Shown here: piece after piece, positions 12,699 through 24,586 of the stretch
Layout of the letters: every line of letters starts with the position of its first letter
Position numbering within the stretch: the stretch's first letter is position 1
Assembly: GCA_964016885.1 (NCBI GenBank)
Contig: OZ024748.1
Span: forward strand, 52,018,001-52,082,000
Direction of reading: 5' to 3'
DNA: 64,000 bases
DNA from: Eledone cirrhosa
Lineage: Eukaryota
The notes under the pieces: generated by a model
What the model was told of the DNA's origin: nothing
Databases searched by the model: none
The model's input: only the letters and a program-made list of their open reading frames with translations
Program-made: the position numbers and the translations under genes

Positions 12699-12908
12699 TA
12701 TGTAATAAACAACATAAGACAATTATCTTTATTTTATTATATTTTAGCCTCGCTTTCAATTGTAATAGCCTTTGTTTTTAAATTCATATCTTACGTCCAT
12801 ATTAAATTTTCATTCTGATGAGCGATTTCAGACGTCTCTGTTGAGCTCGTCTGTCTTCGTGAAACCTTTGGTAAATGGAATAATTGCCTTATGTTGTTTA
12901 TTACATAA
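12699..12908 (+). mobile_element. Short hammerhead-bearing element with about 28-bp inverted ends
   Basis: TATGTAATAAACAACATAAGACAATTAT and ATAATTGCCTTATGTTGTTTATTACATA flank a hammerhead. Confidence 0.7.
12808..12880 (+). ncRNA. Type I hammerhead ribozyme
   Basis: Stem I tttcatt/aatggaa; CTGATGA 12815-12821; long stem II gcga..cagacg/cgtctg..tcgt; GAAA 12861-12864; stem III CC-ttt-GG; GUA cleavage after 12873. Confidence 0.85.
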
Positions 12909-13649
12909 ATATATATATACATGTGATTAAATTACACTTTTTGTTTTAGTTATTAATCAATTTGTTTGGTTCGTGTGTTTTCAGACAGATATCGTTCGTC
13001 TCTACATAAAATGATCAGTAGTTTTTCGTATAGACAAATCGGTAAATACCGTGATGATAAACTGAATTAAGGTGAAAGAGAAAGAAAGAAAGAAAGAAAG
13101 AGAAAGAAAGAGAGAGAGATTGTTTCGTTTAGATTGAAAAATTCAACGTTACTTGCCAGGAGCATTTTTTTAACTGACAGAAGAAAAAAAAAAAAACACG
13201 TTGTAGTGAATTAAATATCTTACAGACAAGCAAATGGAAAGCTGGTTAGCCAATTTGATGTTGGGCTGTTCGTATCCTTTAATAGTACATTGCGTTACAA
13301 CAGGAAAAGGTCTAATTACATAAACATAATGTTTCCTGTGGTAAGGGAAAAGGAAACGTTAACTAGATTTTCGGCCGCACATGTAGCCAGTTTTCAGAGC
13401 AGAGATAAGATATACAAGGTGTTAAAGATAGAAATTACAGACTATAAATAGCAGAGGATGTTGGTTTGGTTTAGCTACATGTTAACCATGAATGAAGAAA
13501 CCTATGGTCAAAATGATTCCACCCTATCTTTCTGTATGTCTCGGACTACAGTATTCAACGTGGACTTTTTAAGATGGTAGGGAGTGGTTTTGGAAAACCT
13601 GGGTGCTATTTCATACAGGTCAAACGACGACAGGTATGGTATATCATAT

Positions 13650-13815
13650 AATTGTTTCTACTTTAGGCACAAGGCCAGCAATTACCCAGTACATTACTGG
13701 TACTTTATTTTATCGACCCCGTAAGGATGAAAGGCAAAGTTAACCTCGGCGGGATTTGAACTCAGACTGTAAAGGGACGTAACTATGCTAGAAAGCATGG
13801 CATCCGACCCTCCTG
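13650..13815 (-). mobile_element. SINE family A, slightly 5'-truncated
   Basis: Reverse complement of the family A consensus; TSD TATCATATAAT at 13642-13652 and 13816-13826. Confidence 0.9.
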
Positions 13816-14039
13816 TATCATATAATAGACGGGCATTGGCTTCCGTATCGCATAGAAGTAGATAGCCTAACAACAAAGCTTGACCGTTCGCTTCATTTTT
13901 GAGCCGGTCAATGTCGAAAGCTCTGGTGTCTACGGCTTGAAGTTTGTCTCCACTAAAGTAGAAGGTATACATTTCGCCTGAATAACGCCGTAAGGTAGAA
14001 TGTCTGATGCAATGGGTATGACTGGTTGTTCTCTATGGT

Positions 14040-14440
14040 AATGACTTCACCATTTTGACAAAGATGGCTTATTATGATATAAAGGCTCATTTCAATGATG
14101 ATGGCTTATATTGACAACGATGACTTATTTTGACAATGATGGATTATTTGGGCGAAGGCTTATTTTCACGATGGCTTATTTTGACAATGATGGCTTATTA
14201 CAACGATGATGGTTTATTTCAATGATGATGGCTAATTTTGACGATGTCTTATTTTGACAATGGCTTATTTCAATGGTGATGGCTTATTTCAATGATGACG
14301 GCTTATTTTGACGATGATGTCTCATTTTGAATGATGGATTATTTTGACGATGGGTTATTACGACGATGATGGCTTATTACGATAACCATGACTGATTGCG
14401 ACAATGGCTCATTGCAATGATGGCTTATTACATCAATGAT
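14040..14440 (-). repeat. Degenerate 16-19-bp minisatellite (GATGGCTTATTTTGACAAT)
   Basis: Reverse complement of the array at 16563-17322. Confidence 0.85.
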
Positions 14441-14573
14441 AAAGTGTTCCTAGATATATCACCTAGATGAGATCTAGAATCTATTGCGCCCCCTCCCTCT
14501 TTCTCTTAGTTTCGCTATTCAATGTTTTTTTTTTTCTTTTTAATATAAAAACGTCGATGACTTGTAAATATAA

Positions 14574-14822
14574 TAATTGTTTCTATTTTTGGCACAAGGC
14601 CAGCAAATACCCAGTGCATTACTGGTACTTTATTTTATCGACCCCGTAAGGATAAAAGGCAAAGTTAACCTCGGCGGTATTTGAACTCAGGATGGCAAGA
14701 GCCGTAACATTATGCGTCAAAGCATGGCGTCCGCTACTGCCAATCCACCATCTTGTAAATATAATAATTGTTTCTACGTTAGGCACAAGGCCAGCAATTA
14801 CCCAGTGCATTACTGGTACTTT
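14574..14822 (-). mobile_element. Two tandem SINE family A copies (one near-full, one 3' fragment)
   Basis: CTTGTAAATATAATAAT occurs three times (14561, 14752, 14834), separating the copies. Confidence 0.88.
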
Positions 14823-15685
14823 GTAAATTACACCTTGTAAATATAATAATATTCATAAGCTCAGTTGGTCTCGTATGGGGATCCAGCTGGGTCAATTGGA
14901 AACAATGGTTTCTGATAGGACCATCTTGAAGGCATGTCCGAGGACTCACGAGCCACCGAAGAAGAAAACTACCATAAATAATAAGCAAGCCCCCCACCCA
15001 TCCATCCCCACCCCACCCCTTAAAATTTCAGCTAGGGGCAGTGCTGGATTTAGGACAAATGAGGCCCTGTACTATAAGGACCCTTTAAGTTATGAGGAGC
15101 CTTTGAACGTTTGACATTTGGGGTCCCTGTACATAAGCACACCGAAACACAATGGTAAATCCGGCATTGACAAGGAGTCAAATGCAAGTTTAATCCACCC
15201 CTGCCTGAAGCTAAACAACACGAAGTAGAAGACGACAGATTCTCGGCATATCTATCAACAACAATATTATAGCTACCCTTTAATTTAATCTTTAACATAC
15301 TTATACTGTTCTCTCCAACCTATATACATAACTGCAAACACGGCGCCATTATTCGTTCCCTTTATATGGTATTTACTAGCGTACTAACAGACTAACTTCT
15401 CTTAACACAGGAAACATCCCTTTCTGTCGTCTTTTTCTTTTTAAATACAACACGTATAAACATAAAAAATGTAGCCCAATACTCCTCCTCCAACCCTTTA
15501 TTTTTCTGCGTAACTTTCAGCTACCAACATGGTGTCGAATCTACGCTGTACCTCTACATCTCTCTCTCTCTCTCTCTCAAACACATACCAGACACACTAT
15601 GTGACCCATCTTGTCATTGCCTATATTAAGTGTTTAAATCACTTTAAACGTTAGGATAGATGGTGAAAGGACACAACCACGAGAA

Positions 15686-15813
15686 TATAGGGTCGAACGT
15701 GGAAGAACCGAGCTCTCACTGTCATCGCCTCCATCTCGCTCGCCCTAACACAACCACAAGGATATGGTCCGAACGTGGAAGAGACGAGCTCTCACTGTCA
15801 TCGCCTCCATCTC
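15686..15813. repeat. Local direct duplication of about 52 bp
   Basis: CGAACGTGGAAGA..CGAGCTCTCACTGTCATCGCCTCCATCTC occurs twice. Confidence 0.8.
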
Positions 15814-16126
15814 TCTCATCTCTTAATTCCATTCCATCTGTCGTTCCGCGTAATTTTCATTCTTTGTCTTTCTTTACTCTTTCATTAAAAACTTAAATTT
15901 TTGGAATAATTCCTTTAAAAAAAATAGTTTGGGTCTTTGCGTTGAGAGTTCAAATCCCGCTATGACCTGCTACGTGGATGGTAAACTTATCTCGTCGCCC
16001 AGCTTAACACCACCAACTAATTCATAGATGTCATAGAAGCAACTATAATTTATTTCGTCGCCCGGTTTAACACTATCTCCTAATTATTGGATATCAGAGA
16101 AGCAGCTATCGCAATCTTATAAAGAA

Positions 16127-16320
16127 GGGCGGTGGAGTTTGGCAGTATCGGTAGAGGGTCGGACGCCATGCTTTGCAGCAAAGAGTTACGCGGCCGTTTA
16201 TGGTCTGAGTTCAAATCCCGCCGAGGTTAACTTTGCCTTTCATCCTTACGGGGTCGATAAAATAAAGTACCAGTAATACACTGAGATAATTGCTGGCCTT
16301 GTGCCTAAAGTAGAAACAAT
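16127..16320 (+). mobile_element. SINE family A, full length
   Basis: Starts GGGCGGTGG, ends GTAGAAACAAT; TSD TTATAAAGA. Confidence 0.92.
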
Positions 16321-16562
16321 TATAAAGAGGAATGGTATTGTTCTAAAACACACCTCCCACCACCCCCAAAACAAATATCATCCCAGATTATAGTCGTTTT
16401 GTAAAGAGAAATTCACCAGCAATATATTTTTATGAGGACTGCTGTGATTGATGTAGGCCATCAGAATATAAGATTATCAAATGATCTAAACATTTGATAT
16501 GTCTAGCTCCACTGAAAACGTGCTAAGTCCTAGGGTTGTATTTTGAACTGGTCTCTTCCCAT

Positions 16563-17322
16563 CCTCATCATTGTCAAAATAAGCTCTTGTCAAAATAAGC
16601 CATCATAATTGAAATAAGCCATCATCTTCGTAATAAGCCATCATTGTCAAAATAAACGATCATTATAGAAATAAGCCATCATTACAGAAATAAGCCATCA
16701 TTATTGAAATAAGCCATCATTATTGAAATAAGCCATCATTATTCAAATAAGCCATCATCATTGAAATAAACCATCATTATTGAAATAAACCATCATCATT
16801 GAAATAAACCATCATTATTGAAATAAACCATCATCATTGAAATAAGCCATCATCATTGAAATAAACCATCATTATTGAAATAAGCCATCATCATTGAAAT
16901 AAGCCATCATCATTGAAATAAACCATCATCATTGAAATAAACCATCATCATTGAAATAAACCATCATCATTGAAATAAGCCATCATCATTGAAATGAACC
17001 ATCATCATTGAAATAAGCCATCATCATTGAAATAAGCCATCATCATTGAAATAAGCCATCATCATTGAAATAAGCCATCATTATTCAAATAAGGGCGGTG
17101 AATTGGCAGTATCGGTAGAGGGTCGGACGCCATGCTTTCCAGCATAGTTACGTCCCTTTACGATCTGAGTTCAAATCCCGCCGAAGTTGACTTTGCCTTT
17201 CATCCTTACGGGGTCGGTAAAATAAAGTACCAGTAATGCACTGAGTAATTGCTGGCCTTGTGCCTAACGTAGAAACAATTATTCAAATAAGTCATCATCG
17301 TTGAAGGTCCATCATCGTTGAA
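16563..17322 (+). repeat. 19-bp minisatellite CCATCATCATTGAAATAAG, interrupted by a SINE
   Basis: About 27 tandem units to 17092; resumes after 17290. Confidence 0.92.
17093..17280 (+). mobile_element. SINE family A, full length
   Basis: Matches the consensus; TSD ATTATTCAAATAAG taken from the minisatellite unit. Confidence 0.92.
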
Positions 17323-17839
17323 TTGTCCATGGACAATTGCACCAGTGCTCACCTATATGATACTGTGTATCCATAATTCTTTTCGGAGAAAATGTGACAT
17401 GAATACTAGTCCGACCATTACTCCGAAGCTGACAACTGAGCCGCAGTTTAACCACCTTCATCACAAGGATTAAACTGTTGGCTATATGAAATGTTGTCAC
17501 CAAGGTGACTAAGGAGACCTATCTCACCGATTTTGAAATCAGAGTGATCCACCTCCTAGACTAGACAAACTGCCAATCAAGTCTATCGAGCTCTGACAAT
17601 GCATTTTTTTTATTATTTACTATTGGACGGTCGTTGACTCTCCTGAGTTCCTCCGCCCTTTCACGGGTTTTGTTTTTCATCCAACATGGCATCCAAAACT
17701 CCCCACCCTCATCAAGCAAGCTTCGTATGATTGATGGTTTAGTCACAGACGACCGACCATAAGACAAATTTTACTGGATTACGTGTTACCAGTAGTACAT
17801 TAATCCGATTATTACAACTTTTTTTTATTTTTTAATGGA

Positions 17840-18212
17840 CCTTCGGTTGTTTGGACGATGAGTATTCCAGTAGTCTGATCATCGTAATTGCTGAGTATTC
17901 CACAGACACATATATCCTTAATGTAATTCTCAGTGAGATTCAGCTTGACAGTGCATAACAAGGCTGGTCTGGGCAATACCGGATGCTCTGCTAGTATGAA
18001 AGGAAAATCAATTGAAATTTACTGCCCTCACCTAAGTTTAGCTAGCCTCCTTCGAAGTCGCATCAAATAAACAGGTTTCTCTTTTTTTAAATTATAGTGG
18101 CCCTAAACCTATCATAAAAGTCAACGTGAAACGAAGTGCCTTGCTCAAGTACACAAAGTGTCACCCGGTCCAGGAATCAAACCTACCTTCTTATGATTGT
18201 GAGTCCAACTGT
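17840..18212 (-). mobile_element. Old SINE, decayed or interrupted
   Basis: AAGTGCCTTGCTCAAGTACACA core and GGAATCAAACC B-box complement; similar to 2190-2460. Confidence 0.55.
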
Positions 18213-19104
18213 CAGTATATATCTGTTTCTCGATGTGTGACGTATATATTGTAAGGAAAGATATCGTTTCGTCGATTATAAACACTTTTTAAAATAGAAA
18301 TTTAATGTTTGCGCTCCTCACCCACAAAAACCCATTAAAAATAAGTAATCCTGTCATAGATAATTGACATGTAACCTTGATATAATCATAGAATTGATAG
18401 AAATAAAACAACGAATTCACCAAAAGTGGAATGGGAGTCAGGGCTCGCATAAAAACTGAAACAATTAAAAAAATAAGTCACCTGTAGGATAAGATTAATC
18501 CTAAAATCGCTCTATAAATGGTTTCGAAAGTTCCCTAAGAAAATGAAGAATTTCTCTAGATGGTATCTTAAACTAAGTCAAATATAATTGAAGAAGAATA
18601 TATGCATATATCAAAATGAAACTTATTTAATATTAAAAAAAATGCAATTATTTTTTTAGGTTGATCGAAGAGGGTGGTGTATTTCTTCATATTACCGATG
18701 ACGGTAAATCAACAGTAACATGTATTCAGTTAGGAGACTTAGATAATGGAAGAAGGGTTGTAGAGATGATGTGATAAAATATATAATAGTAGATATATGA
18801 AGTGGGCACTGTATAATGACAGAAGCTTTCGATATTCTGAACAATAAATCTAGAACAATAGGAAACAATTTAACGCTGTGAATTACATTTAAATGTGGCA
18901 GTCCTCAGAAAAAAAGAAAAAAAAATTGTATATAAAATGTGGCTCTGAAAATATTAACTTTTATAATATTAAAACATAAAGGGTTTCCATTAACATTTAG
19001 AATATGCTTTAGTGTTTTTCCGCTGTTGTTTATTCTTAAAGAAGGCCTCCTTTTTTAATTATTTGCCACCATGTTTTAAAATAGAAAAAAATAATAATGA
19101 GGAA

Positions 19105-19185
19105 AACCTTACCTGGCGTAGAAAAAACAATTTGCAGAATGAGTTTCGAACAGTGACGTAAAAAAATCATAGCCAATCAGAGTAG
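19105..19185 (-). promoter_or_regulatory. Possible Pol II promoter and short first exon
   Basis: AGCCAATCAG (CCAAT box, 19171-19180), TGACGTAA (CRE-like, 19154-19161) and a consensus minus-strand donor CAG|GTAAGG at 19113/19112, all within 80 bp. Confidence 0.3.
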
Positions 19186-19268
19186 AGCAGAGGCGTAACT
19201 ATGGTTTGGCACGTGCCATGGGCACCATTTGGACTAGAAGCACTTTCTATTATTTGACCACATAATTA

Positions 19269-19457
19269 GGGCGGTGGATTGGCAGTATCAGTAGAGGGTC
19301 GGACGCCATGCTTTGCAGCATAGTTACGTCCCTTTACGGACTGAGTTCAAATCCCGCCGAGGTTAACTTTGCCTTTCATCCTTACGGGGTCGATAAAATA
19401 AAGTACCAGTAATACACTGAGATAATTGCCGGCCTTGTGCCAAAAGTAGAAACAATT
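19269..19457 (+). mobile_element. SINE family A, full length
   Basis: Matches the consensus; TSD ATTATTTGACCACAT. Confidence 0.92.
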
Positions 19458-20194
19458 ATTTGACCACATCATAGACAGACTTCCATCAGTATAAGCAAGG
19501 AAGATTTAATTGTAATTTTCATGTTTTGTTTACAATTAAAAAATTAACAAAGATTGATATTTTTGAGCTGATTTTATGGTTATCTGAAAGATGGGTGTCA
19601 GATGTTTGGGCAGGGGTACAATTTCACTGCTTGTCTGGGCACTATTTCCCTTAGTCTCTGGATTAAAGAATGTTTCGCATGAAACTTCGGAGTTACATTT
19701 TGATTGATAATTTTCTATTTAATCAAAGAAACAATTTTGTAAACGGATATAAATGTAATGGTGGTCAGTAGGCTTTAAGCCGCAGTATAATTCTGAAAAG
19801 GCTACGAACACAAGAGCTTTAACGTCTGAAATATTTAATAAAATGTCAACTGTTCATGAATATATTATATAATAAGCCATCTGTCATGGTTATCTCCCGT
19901 TCTCGATAATATAGGCATAAGAAGTGCAATACAATATTTACCGCTAACAAAAGCTGAGAAATATTATCTCCAGGAAAGTACCACGTTAAATTCTATTTCA
20001 ACAAACTGATGAGTTGGCATTGGATAATAAAAAAAAAAAAATACAACAGTGGCCATGTGTTTGTCTTTTAGTTAAATATAACAAAATGATTTGTTGAGTA
20101 TTATTAAGTTACCAAAATTAGTCACGATGGTAAAGACTGGAGACCACCGCTTTAGAATTTCCAGCTTAAAAGTGATAACAGTTGCTTTTAATGA

Positions 20195-20403
20195 TTTCTA
20201 GTATGGGCACAAGGCCAGCAATTTGGGGGGAGGGGGGGTCGATTAAATCGAACCCCAGTACGTTACTGGTACTTTATTTACGGACTGAGTTCAAATCCCG
20301 CCGAGGTTAACTTTGCCTTTCATCCTTGCGAGGTCGATAAAATAAAGTACCAGTAATACACTGGGATAATTGCTGGCCTTGTGCCAAAAGTAGAAACAAT
20401 TAT
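20195..20403. mobile_element. Chimera: minus-strand older SINE 3' end fused to a plus-strand family A 3' portion
   Basis: GGCACAAGGCCAGCAATT...ACTGGTACTTTATTT joined to ACGGACTGAGTTCAAATCCCG...GTAGAAACAATTA. Confidence 0.75.
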
Positions 20404-20633
20404 TCTACCGATACTACTGCTGCTGCTACTATTACTACTAGTAGCACCACCACCACCCACACTATTACTACTACAAGTACTGCTACTACTACTCCTACCA
20501 CCAACGCTAATGTTACTAATACGACGACCACCACCACGTCTACCTGTTACTACTAATACCCCCCCCCCCCCTTAATCTATAGAGGTGAGAGAACGATTCA
20601 TTGTAGAAATGTTAATGAACGAACAGATGAAGG

Positions 20634-20635
<2 letters not shown>

Positions 20636-20672
<37 letters not shown>

Positions 20673-20815
20673 AAGAAAGAGAATGAATGAGAACGAGAAA
20701 GAACGGTATACAGAGAGAGAGAGAAAGATAAAAATAAAGAGAGAGAGAGAGATAAAGAGAGAAAGAAAGAAAGAAGGAAAGAAAGAGAGAGACAGAGAAA
20801 GAAAGAAAGAAAGAT

Positions 20816-20846
<31 letters not shown>

Positions 20847-20880
20847 AGGAAAGAAAGAGAGAAAGCAAGAGAGAGAAAAA
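20636..20880. repeat. (GA)n/(GAAA)n tract
   Basis: Direct reading. Confidence 0.9.
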
Positions 20881-21184
20881 ATGCAATAATTGAAATGGGG
20901 TGAGCAAAGGTTAATAAGAATGGTGACAACTGGTGACAAGAAATGCGATGAGACATATTTTGGTGTGGAAGTGAGAGAAGAGGAGACTTTTATTAAAAGT
21001 CGATGTGATATTTGGTAATTAGAGTGGTTCCAAAATGTCGGACATGTGAACATTAAGGAAGCTCACACCTTTCAACAATTCAACTAACATTTAATACATC
21101 ATGAAATGACAGCAGTAACTAATTGATACAACAAATGACAGAAAACCACTAATAAAGGACACCGCTAAGAGTTTGGTAAAAACC

Positions 21185-21653
21185 CTCACTCTCTCTCACT
21201 ACCTCTCTCTATCTCTCTCTCTCTCTCTACCTATCTCTCTTGCTCTCTCTTTCTTTACCTATCCCTCTCTCTCTCTCTCAAAACCCATCCCTCTCTCTCT
21301 CTCTCTTGTGATTTGTCTACCTCACCTCATCTCTCTCTCTCTCTCTCTCTACCTCTCTCTATCTCTCTCTCTCTCTCTCTCTCTACCTATCTCTCTTGCT
21401 CTCTCTTACTTTACCTATCCCCTTCTCTCTCTCTCTCAAAACCCATCCCTCTCTCTCTCTCTCTCTCTTGTGATTTGTCTACCTCACCTCATCTCTCTCT
21501 CTCTCTCACTACCTCTCTCTCTCACTACCTATCTCTCTTGTTCTCTCTTTCTTTACCTATCCCTCTCTCTCTCTCTCTCAAAACCCATCCCTCTCTCTCT
21601 CTCTTGTGATTTGTCTACCTCACCTCATCTCTCTCTCTCTCTCTCTCTACCTC

Positions 21654-21692
<39 letters not shown>

Positions 21693-22580
21693 CTATCTCT
21701 CTTGCTCTCTCTTACTTTACCTATCCCCTTCTCTCTCTCTCTCAAAACCCATCCCTCTCTCTCTCTCTCTCTCTTGTGATTTGTCTACCTCACCTCATCT
21801 CTCTCTCTCTCTCTCTACCTCTCTCTCTCACTACCTATCTCTCTTGCTCTCTCTTTCTTTACCTATCGCTCTCTCTCTCTCTCTCTCAAAATCCACCTCT
21901 CTCTCTCTCTCTCTTGTGATTTGTCTACCTCCCCTCATCTCTCTCTCTCTGTCTACTTATCTCTCTCTTTACGTCTCTCTCTCTCTCTCGTGATTTGTCT
22001 ACTTCACCTCTCTCTCTCTGTCTACTTATCTCATCTCTCTCTTTACCTGTCTCTCTCTCTCTTGTGATATGTCTACCTCCCCTCATCTCTCTCTCTCTCT
22101 CTCTTTACCTATATCTCTCTCTCTACCTCCATCTCTCTCTCTCTCTCTCTTGTGATATGTCTACCTTCCCTCATCTCTCTCTATCTCTCTCACTCACTCT
22201 CTCTCTCTCTCTTTACCTGTCTCTCTCTCTCTCTCTCTGGTGATTTGTCTACTTCGACTCTCTCTCTCTCTCGTGATCTTTCTACCTCGGTCTCTCTCAT
22301 GATCTCTATACCCCCCCCCCACCAATTTATCTCCCTCTCTCTTAATTTCCCCTCTCATGATCTCTTTACCTCCCTGTCCCTCTTTCATGTTCTCTACCTC
22401 CACCCTCATTTCTCCCTCCCTCCTCTCACAATATTTCTACCTCTGCAGTCTCTCTCTCTTTTTCTCTACCCTGTCCCCCTCCCTTTCTTCCCTCTCTCTC
22501 TCTTTCTCTCTACCCTGTCACCCTCCCTTTCTTCCCTCTTTCTCCCCATCTCTCTACTTCTCCCATCTCTCTCTATCTCT
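21185..22580. repeat. CT-rich compound tandem repeat
   Basis: (CT)n interspersed with recurring CTTGTGATTTGTCTACCTCACCTCAT, CTTTACCTATCC and CAAAACCCATCC blocks. Confidence 0.9.
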
Positions 22581-22719
22581 CATCTCTTACAATTGATCCA
22601 GTTTACCAAATATATCTGTAGGTTCCAGTAGAAAAAATGAATATAGAAACAGTTATGCTGGTGTTTTATAATCTTCCGCCTAGATTTGCAACAGATACAT
22701 AGTATTAGCAATTGGAAAG

Positions 22720-23075
22720 ACGAATGGAAACACTCTTTCCTTGGTCCGATTTGATGAGCTCCACCTCACTCATTCAGTGAATGATCCTTTCTTGACCCTT
22801 TTCCTACCTCTTCTTCCTTCCATATTCATTTCCAACACTCCTCTCATCAAATCAGTTTCATCCTTCTTCAACACATGATCAAGCCATCTCATTCCATATC
22901 TCTTCAAAACATCTGCCACTGGTTCTCCTCTCAATATCTTCTGCAATTCAATGTTTGTTTGTTTTCCTATCACTTAGCAATACACCCTTCCTTACTGGAT
23001 CCTTCTCAATTTCCTTCTTCCTTGACTTCCAGGCTGTTCCTGGTTCATCACCCAGCTCTAATTCCCATAAATCTT
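22720..23075 (-). mobile_element. RTE-clade LINE 3' fragment
   Basis: Translates to RYGMRWLDHVLKKDETDLMRGVLEMNMEGRRGRKR, resembling the RTE C-terminal LRWFGHV...GRGRP motif. Confidence 0.7.
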
Positions 23076-23420
23076 AAATATACATATATATATGCATATA
23101 TATATATATATAGATGCGATATGTGATCTATATTGCTGATATACGATGTAAGTTATATATTTTGCACTCAGCCTCACCGCTATGTCCGGGTCAGTATAAA
23201 ATCTTTTCCTGGGTCCTGTATTTTCGTTGCTTTAGTGATGCGGCTGGACTGCCGACCGCTATATCTGATTTGCTAAGCTCTCTGAACGTAATGTTATTAC
23301 TCTGGGGTCTTACCTCATCTGAGTGCTAAAGCTACAGACCAATTATGCATATACGCTAGCTTGGCCGTATTCTAAAGCTTCGTCAATGCTGTACTAAAAT
23401 TTATATATATATATATATAT

Positions 23421-23597
23421 ATATGAACAATTCGGGACCTTGATGAGTGAGGTCTTGTCGTTAGATCCAAACTAGCTGTTGAAACGGCAGGAGCTCAGCT
23501 GTTGGGGGTCCCAACTTTTTCATATTACCCACTCTACTAACTCAAGTACCGAGTATGCTGGTGAGTTATGATCTAACTGGTTTTTACCATTTCCATT
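23421..23597 (+). mobile_element. Family C short Penelope-type element, diverged
   Basis: TAGCTGTTGAAACGGC..GAGCTCAGCTGTTGGGGTCCC plus the tail TATTACCCACTCTACT.. shared with 29246, 31778 and 55986; in a (TA)n context. Confidence 0.65.
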
Positions 23598-23626
23598 CTG
23601 ATTTATATAAATATATATATATGTAA

Positions 23627-23681
<55 letters not shown>

Positions 23682-23687
23682 AGCAGA

Positions 23688-23916
23688 AGGGATATTCAAT
23701 TTGTTGGTAATTCAACAAATATAAATGTTTATAACTGATTCAGAGCACTCGACGGATTTTCAACGAAAACTTGACTCCTTGGTTATGTCAAAATTTATAA
23801 AACACACTTCGTATTTTATCTGATGATAGCGTACCAAAATGTTGGTACCCTTGAAATATATGTAATAGAATAAATATGGTTTTATAAATATAGTTTCCAT
23901 TTATTTAATATCATTG

Positions 23917-23918
<2 letters not shown>
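23688..23918. mobile_element. Family B Penelope pLTR remnant (tail + inverted pLTR)
   Basis: Homologous to 8868-8950 followed by sequence homologous to 12200-12345; (TA)n flanks. Confidence 0.8.
23812..23872 (+). ncRNA. Minimal type I hammerhead ribozyme
   Basis: tattttat-CTGATGA(23820-23826)-tagcgtaccaa..ttggtaccctt-GAAA-tatatg-TA-atagaata; cleavage after 23864. Confidence 0.7.
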
Positions 23919-23949
<31 letters not shown>

Positions 23950-24296
23950 AAATATATAAATATATAAATATATATATTTATATATTTATATATATGTAAA
24001 TATATAAATATATATGTAAATTTATTGTTTCAAATCATGCTGAGTAATACCCTCACTCTTCCCTTGTTACCCTCTCCCAACCTCTTTATCATCTATTGCA
24101 CCATTTAAGTGATACATTTTTGGTGTAATTTTTAATTTAAAATTTTTAAACTTTTAAGACATTTTATGACATTATGTGCATCATGTATTCTGCCTTTTTC
24201 CATATAGTGCTGGCCTCGGGACTCCCCTGTTGGTCCTTTAACCTTGTTCTGGTGACGGAGCTTGATGGAGCATGCAACTACTGATATACTCATGTT

Positions 24297-24350
24297 TATA
24301 GGCTCTGATGATTCCTGCTATGGTGTATGGATGAAACACTGTTAGCTAAT
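24297..24350 (+). ncRNA. Type I hammerhead ribozyme motif
   Basis: ggct-CTGATGA(24305-24311)-ttcc..ggat-GAAA(24333-24336)-cactg-TT-agct, followed by AATAAA; at the end of a TA-flanked element of about 24020-24392. Confidence 0.65.
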
Positions 24351-24521
24351 AAAACAATGTATTTCTAAGTACTCTTTGGTTATTCCTATAACTATATATA
24401 TATGTGTGTATGTAAATATATATGGGAATAAGACATTTATATATATGCATATATATGTGTACACACACAGACACACACCACACACACATATATATATATA
24501 TATGGGTATATATATATATGG

Positions 24522-24577
<56 letters not shown>

Positions 24578-24586
<9 letters not shown>

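Noticed and set aside
13360-13402. Degenerate hammerhead-like motifs on the minus strand (also about 38832-38880)
   Set aside because: Core mutated (CTGAAAA; TTGATGT) and stem I weak; not supportable without paralogues
17340-17800. Moderately GC-rich unique segment with short ORFs
   Set aside because: No recognisable protein motif in the listed frames
23434-23510. Complete hammerhead using TTGATGA at 23440
   Set aside because: That segment is better explained as the CpG-decayed inverted arm (GGGACCCCGACGG); stem II does not pair
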